From Octopus vulgaris (Eukaryota), in NCBI GenBank assembly GCA_951406725.2, contig OX597816.1, positions 157,170,001 through 157,234,000 of the forward strand: 64,000 nt of DNA. The letters run 5' to 3'. The notes beneath the pieces are model-generated. The model did no database searches, was not told the origin of the DNA, and saw only the letters and a program-made list of their open reading frames with translations. Both the position numbers and the translations under genes were made by a program. Below are positions 27,821 to 40,549 of the stretch, in pieces (positions within the stretch are counted from its first letter, which is position 1; every line of letters starts with the position of its first letter).

Positions 27821-27979
27821 GACGACTAAGTGGACATCCAATATGCTAGAAATAAATCACCTACGATCTAACCACAAAGAAAAGAATGTTCTCTAGAAAA
27901 ATTCAGCAACCACCTGAACATAGGCGGGTAAGATCGTAGGTGATCTATTTCTAGCATATTGGATGTCTACTTAGTGGTC
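27821..27979. repeat. Inverted repeat, ~53-bp arms
   Basis: gacgactaagtggacatccaatatgctagaaata..cacctacgatct vs agatcgtaggtg..tatttctagcatattggatgtctacttagtggtc; a related single arm lies near 47885. Confidence 0.8.
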
Positions 27980-27995
27980 ATCCCACCTTATAAGC

Positions 27996-28035
<40 letters not shown>

Positions 28036-28135
28036 ATATATATATATATATGTATATATTTTTCAAATTGTAACCACAATTGTTAATCGTTGGCGATTTT
28101 TTCCTCTGTCTTCCTTTTGTATTGGACTTTCCTCT

Positions 28136-28170
28136 GTTTCTGAAGAAGAGCTTTTCTCGAAACGTCAAAT
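28136..28170 (+). ncRNA. Minimal hammerhead ribozyme motif in a ~165-bp Penelope pLTR-like remnant (28060-28225)
   Basis: gttt-CTGAAGA-aGAGcttttCTC-GAAA-CG-TC-aaat; GUC triplet. Confidence 0.75.
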
Positions 28171-28252
28171 CATGTTTCTTTCCTTCCCTAAGAGCCTGCT
28201 AATACTTTACATGTACCACGTCACACACATACATATATATATATATGTATAT

Positions 28253-28290
<38 letters not shown>

Positions 28291-28291
<1 letters not shown>

Positions 28292-28452
28292 CGCAGGACT
28301 GGCTGTGTAGTAAGTAGCTTGCTTACCAACCACATTGCTCCGGGTTCAGTCCCACTGCGTGACATCTTGGTCAAGTGTTTTCTACAATAGCCTCGGGCTG
28401 ACCGAAGCCTTGTGAGTGGATTTTGAAAGACAGAAACTGAAAGAAGCCCTTC

Positions 28453-28536
<84 letters not shown>

Positions 28537-28736
28537 CTGTTTGTCCCCTAAAATCGCTTGAGAAGAGACACTGCTGTGTTTACGTTTCTGTAACTTAGCG
28601 GTTCCGCAAAAGACACCAATAGAATAAGTACTAGGCTTAAAAAGAATAAATCCTGGGGTCGATTTGCTTGACTAAAGTCGGTGCTCCAGCATGGCCGCAG
28701 TCAAAATACTGAAACAAGTAAAAGAATAAAAGAATA
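28291..28736 (+). mobile_element. SINE family A, full length
   Basis: Head gcgcaggactggctgtgtagtaag; tail ggtgctccagcatggccgcagtc..gaaacaagtaaaaga. Confidence 0.92.
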
Positions 28737-29090
28737 TACATCAAATATCCGCAAATCCATAGCCGCATTTATACATCCAAGTATTACTTGCAGCAATAAT
28801 ACAGTCACCTCGGCCGCAAAGATAGTAACAATACTGCCTGCCAGAGCACATCTTCAATTGAAGTCTCTGTCCACATTGTGCATTAATCTTCTAGAAAGGA
28901 GATGCACCTGTCCGCGGAGCCCAGTAACACCGACGGACCCCTATCCAGCCCACAAGGAGTCCGCGTACCCTCAGTCAATGGCTTTTATAAGTTCTACTGC
29001 AGGACATCTAGAACCTGCCTTCTAAATGGAAATTTTGAGAAGAAAAGTGTAGTCTACAAGTGCATTGTTAAGATAAACAGCCGAGTCTCA
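28737..29090 (+). mobile_element. Penelope-like linker/endonuclease N-terminal remnant
   Basis: FYCRTSRTCLLNGNFEKKSVVYKCIV resembles the CxC..CPLxGxC..VVY motif. Confidence 0.55.
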
Positions 29091-29497
29091 TGAATACAAA
29101 CTCTGGATTTCCACTTTACTAATCGAGAATAACTTCTAACTTAAGTCGAAAGGCGTGGATTTGAAAATCAAATGTCTCTCTCCAATTCTTTAGTGCTAGC
29201 AATCACAAGCTGACAACAGCGCATAACATGCTGCTCAATGGATCACCTGCTAGGAAAGCACCTTCACAATTGGCTCCTCATCCGTTTACGCCGTCAGGCA
29301 TTTCACTCATAGAAGTGGTTTGCGTGGTGGATTTTGTGACACTATCACTGTATGGATTGCCACCCAAGTTAAGAGAGACTCAATCCATCCTCTTTATGAA
29401 GCAGTTGAACCGCGCCAGATCTCACACTCTGATCTGCTACTGCGCTTCATTTAATTTCAAAGTTGTCCTTTTTTCTAGGTTGCCTGCTTTTTATATC

Positions 29498-29661
29498 AGT
29501 CTGCTGAAGTGCATGAATCTATATTTGTAATACAGTACATTTCTATCCCTATATACATTTCAGTATTTTGATACTAGTTTCAATCTATTTGACTATGTAT
29601 AAGTAAATTTGGCCAGCTATGCGTATTTAGTACGTTTGTAAGGTCGTCTGTATTTTGTAGG

Positions 29662-29745
<84 letters not shown>

Positions 29746-29964
29746 TATTTTAAGCAGCAGAAAATTCAACAAAATCTGTTACTCTGAGTTTCTCGTTGCC
29801 GTTCATCAGACAGTTTTTGCTAGAATGTCTGATGAACGGCAACGAGAAACTCAGAGTAACAGATTTTGTTGAATTTTCTGCTGCTTAAAATAAAGCATAT
29901 TACTCTACCAGTGGTATTTGAGTACTCTTTTTTCCACCTTGTTTCACATTTATGTGTTTACTCC

Positions 29965-30028
<64 letters not shown>

Positions 30029-30087
30029 TGTCGGTGTGTGTGTCTGTGCGTGCCCAAATACCTTAATTTACACAAACATATATATAC

Positions 30088-30145
<58 letters not shown>

Positions 30146-31068
30146 TCATAAACACACCCCTTGACCTAGTTAGGCTTCATATGTATTGCTGGGTATCTAC
30201 AAACTATCGATATGGCGAAACCTTTCTCCCTAGAAACTTTGTGCAGTGAAAATAAGTCTTCTTTCTAATCTATTTGACACCAGGTCTTGCGGAGAATAAT
30301 GACATTCTTTTCCAGCAATGCTAGTGACTATATAAAGAAATGGGAATTTCAATTCAATCGCTGCCAACTTTGAAGCAGGAAGTTCCTAATCAAGCTTTAT
30401 AACCAACGTATCTAGCTTTCTCTCGACCAATAAACTGAGTGGTGAGTTTCATGTCAATCTAAATGCTTCTCTATGTAAATACATATTTATACCATTGTAT
30501 CTAAGTGTTCCTATGAAAGCTGTGTTCTGAGTGAATGCACACTTTACCTTTGTATTCGGCATGGTGCAGGCTACGTACCTAACATATACAATTTCACTTA
30601 ACCAGTCTGCTTAGCTGTTTGTTTTGTGCTTATAAACATTTTTGTTCTTGCTTTTTATGTACATACATGTTTTCAATTTGCGTATATCTAAACATTTTTC
30701 TGTATAAATTAGTTTTGTGCGTGGATTTCCATTTACAACATTTTATTTGTCTCCTTGGCATAGCGCAGACTTTGTAAAAGACAAGTGAAAATTTTGCATA
30801 TCGAGTCCATTAAGCTCTTTGTTTTATGCCTATATACTATATAAGTACTTTTTGTATGAATAAACATTTATATTGGTGTATATCTAAGCGTTTATACTAG
30901 TCTGCTAAAGTGCATGAATCTATATTTGCAATACAGTACTTTTGTATCCCTATATGCATTTCAGTATTTTGATACTAGTTTTAATCTATTTGACTATCTA
31001 TGTATAGGTAAATTTGGACAGATATGCGTATTTAGTACGTTTGTAAGGTCGTCTGTATTTTGTAGGAT
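29498..31068. repeat. ~165-bp direct duplication (29498-29663 and 30899-31068)
   Basis: agtctgct.aagtgcatgaatctatatttg...gtctgtattttgtaggat occurs twice with scattered mismatches. Confidence 0.88.
29745..29967. mobile_element. Second copy of the 23268 palindromic hammerhead mini-element, opposite orientation, in (TA)n
   Basis: Arms 29745-29812 and 29826-29893; canonical CTGATGA-acggcaacga-GAAA-CTCAGAG-TA-acag. Confidence 0.88.
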
Positions 31069-31244
31069 TTGTACTGATAGGAAATTTATTATGAGTTCAT
31101 TACTGCCATGAAAAGCACATATCACCCATAACTGAAAGTATTTCATTAGTAAAAATTACCTGTCGGCTCTTTGCCACGATTGATTGGAGTCCATGATAAT
31201 TGATTGGTTCATTGTTTAATTGTGGGATTTATAGTGATCATTGT

Positions 31245-31560
31245 GAAGGCGCGTAGCTTAGAGGTTAGGACATTCGGCTCACGATCGATAGGTCGTAAGT
31301 TCAACTTACGGCGGTGCGTTATGTTCTTGAGCAAGACATTTTATTTAACATTGCTCCAGTCCACTCAGCCTGCGAAAATGAGCAGTACCTGTGTTTCAAA
31401 CGGCCTGCCTTGTCACATTCTGTGTCACGCTGAATGTCCCTGAAAACTACGTTACGGGTACTCGTGACGGTGTAGTGCTCATCCACTTGCACGTTAATTT
31501 CACGGGCAGGCTGTTCCATTGAACGGATCAACTGGAATCGTTATCGTCATACTCGACAGA
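31245..31560 (+). mobile_element. SINE family B-related, variant head and middle
   Basis: tRNA-like head gaaggcgcgtagcttagaggttagg; 3' half shared with 3655 and 44459. Confidence 0.8.
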
Positions 31561-31966
31561 ATAGCGATGCTCAAAGCAACTGCCTCTTCTCTTCTGCTTT
31601 CAAAGCTGCTTCGTATTTTTGCATTTGCAGTAACGTAACCAAACATGACATCCTAATTACATTATGATTAACGTTGAGTTCCCACCAAAATACTTTTGTT
31701 AAATCAAGAGATATGATTTGTCAGTATCCATAGGATTGTGATACTCACTTTTTTTTTTTTTTTTTTTTTCATTTTTTCAGTGGCAGGCATTCTATCCCCT
31801 TCTTCCTTTAAATTAAATACGGGTCATTGATTCTGAACTGAAATGGATGTAGAGCTTGGTGAACGAATTATATTTCCGTAATTAAGCCGCCGAATAACAA
31901 ATTAACAGACGTCGGCGACAACGATGACAACGACAAGGTGATGATGATGATGATGACGACGACGAC

Positions 31967-32006
<40 letters not shown>

Positions 32007-32093
32007 CCGACGTGGATGTAATCGTAATAGATGAATATGCCTGAAAGCAGACACATAGATAGACAAGCAGAAAAGTAAACAGATAAACAAGCC

Positions 32094-32183
<90 letters not shown>

Positions 32184-32927
32184 CAGGAGGTAGATAGATA
32201 GATAGATGGAGAGAGGTAAAGAGAGGGAGGAGAGAAATAGAAATAGAAAGACAGAGAGAGGGAGGTGCAAGTAGACAGACGAACAGACAAACAGAAAAGG
32301 AGGCAAATAAACAGAAAAAGAGCTAGACAAACAGAGATAGTTGGTGAAAGAAATGTTTTGGAAATTATTCACATTTCTCAGCAATTTCGATAGAGCAATG
32401 TCGTCTGCAACAAAGAAAAAAATATAGGCAAAAGTCCTTTTGACTTCCGTTTACAGATTTTTAATGTTTTCTCCTAATCCGCTAAGAGCATTTTATATTA
32501 TTGTGTTATCTTAATTTATTCATGAATTTATTCATCTATTGTAGAAAAAACAAAGAATTGTTTTTAAATCAGTCTAGATTATTTATAATTTCTTTTTCAT
32601 TATTCCACGAGTATTTTCCCTCATTTTGCATTTCATTTGGTTTACTTTTTTATTGGTAGATATATTTTTTCATTTCGACTTGTTTCATATTATTCCTCAA
32701 AAGTATTTAAAGAAAAAAAAACAGTAAAAGCATTGGCACACCTTTTAGCGGGTCACAATATATTTTAAATAATAGTTCGTTCAATTAAATCTATTGCCAA
32801 GGGACGCCACGCAAACATTAAACCGGTAGTCGTATTTATCTCTATCTTTAGGTTTGTGTACATATTCATGTGTATGCATGTGTGTGTGTGTGTGTTTGTG
32901 GGTCTGCACGTGTGTATGTGCGAATAG

Positions 32928-32987
<60 letters not shown>

Positions 32988-33499
32988 CATAGATTAGATC
33001 CTAATATTCTCCGTATGAAATACACTTAATACTGCACGAGATATTTAAACTTGGGAGGTATAGAGGTAAAAGTAGGGATAAGTGAATGCGGCAGATCAAT
33101 ACATAATCAGTATTAAATACATGCAATACAAAAAATGTATATATGTATACCCATAAAAAAATCCATTTTAGCCCTTTAATTCTCTCTATCATTTCTAATC
33201 TGTGTAAGTTGGACCTTTTTATATGAATATGTATATACATATTTTGTATTTCATGTACTTAATACACGCTATATATTGATCTGCCTAATTCGCCTATTCC
33301 TACATTTATCTCTATATTGTGTTATCCCATAAACAATATGTTGCTTTTTTTTTTCATTTGCATGAGCTAAAAGTCGGAGGGAGACAGGATAAAGTACCTG
33401 CATCTACTTGCTATAAGAGCAGGTAGTAATTTTACTATGTCCTTATTCTTAGTGCAAGTTTTGAAGAGTGCAGTTCGATTTTAACAGTAATTTTTTCAG

Positions 33500-34215
33500 A
33501 GCTATAATTGAAGTGAAAAGGGAGCATATTCGGCATATTTTGTTTTATGAGTTAAGCAAGCAGCAACGCAACGTTAAGTACGAAGAATATTAATGAAGTA
33601 TATGGGGATCGGACAGCAAAAACCAGTGTCAATGGTGTTTCCAGAAATTCTGAGCCGGAAACTACAGCCTAGAAGACGAGCCTCGTTCTGAAAGATCTGT
33701 AGACCCCGATGAGAACTTCCTGGAAATCATGGTAGGACAAAATCCCATCGTAGCTGTTGAGGAGCTAGCGAAGAAGCATGGATTTGGTCAATCAACCATT
33801 CATCGACATCAGTGTGCCGTCGGAAACTTCAGTAAATAGGGTCAATGTGTACCTCACAAACTTTTTCCTAGTCTAATCGCGTGTAGAGAGTGAATGTGTG
33901 CTCGTCTTTGCAGTTACATCTCACGAATGAACCGCTTTTGGACTGAATAGCGACTGGTGACGACAAATGAGTTCTCCATAAGAATGCGAAGCGCCGAAAA
34001 CAGTGGGTAGGGAAATGAGATATAAGGTTATGTTATCTGTTTGATGGGATATGAAAGATTTAGTCCACTTTGAACTTTTAAACCCAAACTAAACGATAAC
34101 AAAAGGAGATCAACTGCGAGGAGCTTGAGCAGCTTAAGTCAGCGCTAGAAGAAAAACAACCATCTTCCATCAGTATAATGCTCGATCACATGCTGCGAGG
34201 ATGAGATTCGAAAGG
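33500..34215 (+). mobile_element. Highly decayed mariner transposase
   Basis: EHIRHILFYE, LEDEPRS.R, IATGDDK*, VMLSV*WD motifs with stops and frameshifts. Confidence 0.75.
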
Positions 34216-34835
34216 CTGGAGCAGTGTTTTATTATTACGTTCTGACATTAATTCGTATACTACACGTAGCAGAGGACATGGGATTTTAACACCAGTTAGT
34301 CAGAATTCTGTAGCATGTAATATTCCAGTGACAACAGAAACTAGGTAAGCAATTTGATAAAAGTGGATGAAATTTGATTTCGTGTGATCGTCTTAAATGA
34401 TGGTGCCACTTCAGCATGGAACGATACCGTAGGACTCCAAATACCGTGCAGTACAGAGGATATACACAGGGGCGTTGCGACTTCATTTTGTAAGTAGTGT
34501 TGTAAGGAGATGTGACGTGGAGAAAATTAAAATCCTTCGAGGATCATTAACAAAAGAAGAAAATAAATGGTAAAAAATAGAATTAGCACAGACTAAACGC
34601 ACTTCACCAAAATACATCGATAACTTTAGAGTTTCATTACTTCATTGTTGTGTGATGTGGCAAACAATAGCCTTCTTGCCTAGAAGCTAAATTTGAAAGA
34701 AATAACATAATTACCGAGATGATTTTCAAGAAATACGTACAGTCGAATTGGAGGTGCTCCAAGAAGATAAATAGTTGAACACCGCATTAACCAAACAAAT
34801 ACCAAAAGGATGTGTGAATCTTTTCAAGTTTGGGA

Positions 34836-34847
34836 TCATTATTATTA

Positions 34848-34926
<79 letters not shown>

Positions 34927-34927
34927 C

Positions 34928-34970
<43 letters not shown>

Positions 34971-34988
34971 CTATTATTATTATTATTA
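34836..34988. repeat. (TTA)n / (TAA)n microsatellite
   Basis: Direct reading. Confidence 0.96.
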
Positions 34989-34989
34989 C

Positions 34990-35828
34990 TTTTTTTTTTC
35001 TTCTTTCAAATTTTCTTCCATTTCTTGCCGAGTGTCTTCCCGACTCCTAGGGCAAAGAAACTCATAGTGTATATTGGTAAGCCATTAAACCAAACTCAGT
35101 AGTTCGTTCATTTTTTTTTTTTTTTTTTTTAAGTTAAATTAAAATACATGAGCAGCAACAGTTCTCACATCGACAATGCTCTTCTCAATACGTGTGATGT
35201 ACCAGTTAAGACAATCTTTTGCACTTCTTGCAGGGATGGTAAGCCAGGGATCATTCTCATATAATTTTCGGTTCCCTTCTTGATCATTCCTAATGCTCCT
35301 ACGATCACTGGTATTGTAACCGCCTTGAGATGCCACATTTTCTCAATTTCAATGAGTAGGTCTTTATATTTTCTGAGCTTGTCAAACTCTTTCGCTGAGA
35401 TATTATGATCGCAGGGGATGCTCATGTCGATCAATAAGCAAACTTTATTGTTTTGGTCTTTCACAACAATATCTGGTTTATTGGCCTTGATGGTTCGGTC
35501 TGTATGTACTGGAAAGTCCCACAGAATGGTTACATTTTCTCCTTCAGTTACAGCCTCAGGGTGGTGATTATACCACTTGTCGGCAGTTTTGATATTGTAA
35601 TGCCGACTTATTAGCCAGTGGAGATATTGGCCAACTCTGTCATGTCTTAATTTATACTCCACTGGTGCTAAGACTTTACATCCAGAGATTAGGTGGTCCA
35701 CTGTTTCAATCATGTCGTTGCAGAATCGGCATTTTGGGTCTGCTCCATTTTCATCACATTGGCCTGGTAGTTCCGGGTTAATAGGCTTTGGTCTTGAGCA
35801 GCCAGGATGAAACCTTCGCTCTCTGCTT
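34990..35828 (-). mobile_element. 5'-truncated R4/Dong-like LINE (restriction-like endonuclease)
   Basis: ESEGFILAAQDQ, CRFC..ETVDHLISGC, RHD, KPDIVV..LIDMS, EKxxKY, PVIVGALG; 3' end runs into (TAA)n. Confidence 0.88.
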
Positions 35829-35841
35829 TTTTTTTTTTTGC

Positions 35842-35875
<34 letters not shown>

Positions 35876-35879
35876 GGTT

Positions 35880-36770
35880 TGACTCAGGTTCGGTCTTATT
35901 TCTGGTAGCCTTTATATGGGTAGTGGGTTACTATCTGAAACTTTAGGTATCCACAAGTTTTTGGTAGTCTTTCAAGCGCTTAGAAACTTCCTGATAATCT
36001 TTGCTGCCCCTAAGAGACAAACGTTTTAAAGGAGGTTTGCAGGGCATTCTATTTCAGTCTCCTTCAGCCATTTCTCTATATCTTTGCTTTCTGTTCCCAC
36101 CACACAAATCATTATAGGCACGAGCTCTTTACTGTTCTCATGCTCCAAATTCTTCTTATTGCAAATTTTAAGGTGTTGTATTTTTTCTTTCATTCCTTCA
36201 TTTTGTTTTTGATTTTCGCCTTCTTTACGATCCTGTATGCAAACGAGCATGATGGGTCGATTAGTAAGCAACTGCGCGTTTCCCTATCTATAATTGTTAT
36301 GTCCGGTCTATTATTTTCTAACTTATTGTTCGTTTGAAGAGGAAAGTCACACAAAATTTAACATTTTTTCCGACCCCAGTACTTTTTCGAGCCGATGACT
36401 GTACCCTGTGTTTCCCGCTTCAAATCCCCATTTCTGGCAAGGTTTCCAGTGTAAAACTTTTACAGGTTGGTCGTGCCTCCATTTCCTATACTCTTCCTGT
36501 GCCAACTTGGAGCATTCTACCACAATGTGTGTCACTGTCACGTCCCAAGTTCCACAGGCTCTACATTTTTCTAACACATTCTCTGCATATATATTTTTTT
36601 CTCAAGTTATTTGTTTTTATCGCTTGGTCTTGGGATGCTAGAATTAGGCTCTCTGTTTCTTTCTGTTTTTTAATTGCCCCTTTTTTAACCAAGCTCAGGA
36701 TTTTGTTCCACATACATCTTCAGTGGCTCTCTAAAATTGGCCACACAGAGGTTTCTCTTCAATCTATCTG
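35880..36770 (-). mobile_element. Older, decayed R4/Dong-like LINE fragment
   Basis: KCRACG..TVTHIVVECSKLAQEEYRKWRHD..LHW; RPDI; 3' end runs into (TAA)n at 35845-35875. Confidence 0.82.
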
Positions 36771-37244
36771 ACATGCTCACTATGTATTTCATTCATGTTT
36801 CTTTCTCCTATTATGCACTGAGGTACTGCATGCTGGGACAGAATCCGAAGCTACATGTTTGTAAAGCAAAATTCCCTTGCCTCAAAGCCATGCCCGTGCT
36901 TATTTGTACCTCAAGTAATTTGTATCTCAAGCAATTACCCTACAAAGGGAAAGGTGCGCAAATACCACGGCACGCACCCTTATAAAAATATATATTTGAC
37001 AGCAAGCAGCAACGAGACATTTAACACACGATAAGTAAAAGTTGTTAATAACAGCAATAATAGGATAATGTCTCCAGTAATTAGCTGCAATACAAAAAAA
37101 GAAGGAGCTAAAGAACCAAGAGTCAAATTAAAACACACAAAGCCACCCTCTAGAGAGAACGTAAGGTGTTGGAATTACATTTAACTTCTGACATTTCATT
37201 TTCAAGATCCTTTTCTAGCTATTCTTTTCTGACTATTATATTAT

Positions 37245-37479
37245 TCTTTTATTCTTTTATTTACTTAGTTGTTTCAGTCATTTGATTGCGGCCAATCTGG
37301 AGCACCATTGGATGGTTTTAATCGAACAATCGACCCCCAGGAATTCTGTTTTCAGTCTAATGCTTATACTATCGGAACCATTTGCCGAACTGCTACGTTA
37401 CGGGGATGTAAAAACACACCTGCACCGGTTGTGAAATGGTGATGGGCGGGCAAATAGAAACAAAGACACACACACACAG

Positions 37480-37512
<33 letters not shown>

Positions 37513-37640
37513 CGACAGGCTTCTTTCTGTTTCCGTCAACAAAATCCATTCACATGGCTTTGGTTGGCCCGAGACTATAATAGAAGACATTTGTCCAAGG
37601 TGCCAAGCAGAACCTGAGAATCATGTGATTGGTAAACAAA
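37245..37640 (-). mobile_element. SINE family A, diverged
   Basis: Same architecture as 21588-21979. Confidence 0.85.
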
Positions 37641-38170
37641 CTTCTTAGCACAGAGCCCCGACTGTGCTGTTAGTCCAATAAATGTAGTGTAATCTAGCAG
37701 TTTAGTTTCGTTGTTAACTCACTGAAATCCGTGATAATCGACAGATAGATTTACTGGAAAGATTAAAGACAGAGTCAACAAATATACATATATATGTACA
37801 CCGATGTTTAAAAAAAAATATTGGAAGAGATTCAAGGTGGAAGGGAAAATTCGGAAGAAAGATTTGCTTTAAAAATCGAGTGTTCCTAGAAAAAACAATA
37901 TTGAATAAATTTCACAGAGACAGACAATAATAAAATAGAAATGCTCGATGAATTTCATAACGGTCATGTTTGATTGAAAGTTCAGTGAAATTGATTCATA
38001 TTTACAATTAGATACTATAAAGTTTTAAAAGCGAAAGGAAAAAGAAATATTTTTTAACAGTTTCTGTTGTAGTGCATGAAGTGAGATTTTTTGTCACTGG
38101 TTCTGCTGGTGAGAGCTAGAACTGTTTTAAGTTGAAATTGTTTTGTGTGTGTGTATATATATATATGTGA

Positions 38171-38258
<88 letters not shown>

Positions 38259-38316
38259 GTTTTTAAAATATAGACTTTAGACTCTGATTGGTTATAAGTT
38301 TAATGAGGTCGCTTGA

Positions 38317-38403
38317 TTTTATCTGTCTGTGAAGTATTATTTTTCTCGGAAAACAAGTGACATACTCAGTCACGAGTTGACTTCCGTATGTATGTATGTA
38401 TAT

Positions 38404-38452
<49 letters not shown>

Positions 38453-38546
38453 AATATATATATATATATATATATTGTGGAAGTCAACTCGTGACTGAGT
38501 ATGTCACTTGTTTTCCGAATAAATAATAGTTCACAGGCAGATAAAA
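38317..38546. repeat. Inverted repeat, ~68-bp arms around a (TA)n spacer
   Basis: cggaaaacaagtgacatactcagtcacgagttgacttcc vs ggaagtcaactcgtgactgagtatgtcacttgttttccg. Confidence 0.88.
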
Positions 38547-38720
38547 ATTATGGCATATTCTGTTACGAACGTAGTAGAGTACAGTATAAAGCTTGTCCGC
38601 CTTCAGACTTCACCCTCTGCTATCCAGTAGAAGTATTATACGTACTTCCAGGCTTGCATTAGTGCTTCTGTCGTGTCTGAACAGATTATTGAAAGAATTT
38701 GAGTCAGCAAGTCGGAGTAG

Positions 38721-38958
38721 GGTTGGACCTTTATTTTCAATAATTACAATTGTTTCAACGCAACGTAGTTCTCCAGACATGCAGGTACTTGATTATGAGA
38801 CCGTTTTCCTGCATTATGAGACAATATTTACATATCACCTGAGGAAACACATCTAGATCTCACAAAGCATGAAAACGGTTTCAGAATCAAGTAGCTGCGC
38901 GCCTGGAGAACTACGTTACGTAGAAACAATTGTAGTGATTGAAAATAAATCTCCAACC
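38721..38958. repeat. Diverged ~100-bp inverted repeat with hammerhead-like motif
   Basis: Arms 38721-38822 and 38858-38958; CTGGAGA-actacgttacgta-GAAA-CAATTG-TA-gtg. Confidence 0.72.
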
Positions 38959-39028
38959 GTATTTCTTTTTTTTTACTCCAAATTTGTTCAATTATTCAGA
39001 TATATACGTATATATATATATATATATA

Positions 39029-40254
39029 TTGGAATCCGTGGAAAAGTTCTACACTGGATTAAGTATTTCCTGGCGAATAGAACACAACATGTTGTAGTTG
39101 ATGGAGTCCACTCAAACCCACCAAAAGTCACCAGCGGTGTTCCCCAGGGAACTGTTTTGGGTCCGCTACTCTTCATAATTTACGTAAACGACCTTTCCAG
39201 TGTCGTACATCACTGCAAAGTGAAAATATTCGCTGATGACACTAAGCTCCAGCAAATCGTCAATGAAGAAGCAGACCGAACTCAACTCCAGTCTGATCTA
39301 TATGCTGTGAGTCAATGGGCAGACAGAAACAAAATGCAACTGAATGAGGGAAAATTTGAGCTGATGCATTTTGGAAGAAATTCCTCACTAAAACAACCAT
39401 ACTCTCTTCCTTCAGGGGAACCGCTCACAGCCTCTAACAATATCAGAGACCTGGGTGTAATTGTTGATGACGATCTCAGTTGGAGTGCACACATCAACAA
39501 GAAGGTCGATATAGCTCGTAGGATGAGTTCCTGGATCTTAAGAACTTTCCGGTCCAGAGAACAAGGTGTCATCATACCACTTTTTTCCTCCTTTGTACGG
39601 CCACACCTTGAATACTGCTGCCCACTGTGGTCTCCTCACACAAGACAAAACATCTCCAGAATTGAGTCACCCCAGAGGGCTCTCACTAAACAAATTGAAG
39701 GCATGGCTGCTCTCGATTATTGGGATCGCCTTAAAGCCCTGAAACTTTACTCCCTCCAGCGTCGCCGTGAGCGGTACATCATTTGTACGATGTGGAAAAT
39801 ATACCGCCAACTTTGCCCAAACGACCTAAACATTAGCTTCAAGGTTCATCCAAGACTTGGACCACGGGCTATACGTCCCCTGCCAAATTCAAGATCACAA
39901 CATACATGTACACTGTAACATAATTTCTTTTCCTCAACAGGCCCTGCCCTATTTAACATTGTCCCGAGGGAGATCAAAGAGGAAAAGGATCCCATCAACT
40001 TTAAACAGAGTCTGGATAGATTCCTTCAAAGAATACCAGATAAGCCACCCATAATTGGATACAACTCACCCAACAAGAACTCACTACTTGAACAAAACTG
40101 GATACAACTCACCCAACAAGAACTCACTACTTGAACAAAACTTGACTTAAACAGGATTCGAATAATCCTATCAGGTGGTGCTATTAAGTTAGACATGGCC
40201 TGGACCAATCTCTGGTCGAAACATATCTAAGTTTTATCTAAGTTTCTAAGTTTT
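39029..40254 (+). mobile_element. 5'-truncated CR1/L2-group LINE (RT C-terminal half + 3' UTR)
   Basis: SGVPQGTVLGPLLFIIYVND, FADDTKL, RDLGV, VRPHLEYC, SLQRRRERY; one premature stop at 39918; 43-bp duplication at 40057-40142; tail (tctaagttt)n. Confidence 0.93.
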
Positions 40255-40265
40255 ATATATATATA

Positions 40266-40296
<31 letters not shown>

Positions 40297-40332
40297 ATGT
40301 ATGTATGTATGTATGTATGTATGTATGTATGT

Positions 40333-40443
<111 letters not shown>

Positions 40444-40460
40444 AACAGACAGACAGACAT

Positions 40461-40549
<89 letters not shown>

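Noticed and set aside
38869-39028. N-terminus of the 349-aa ORF as part of the RT
   Set aside because: Derived from an inverted-repeat arm and (TA)n; the LINE starts at about 39029
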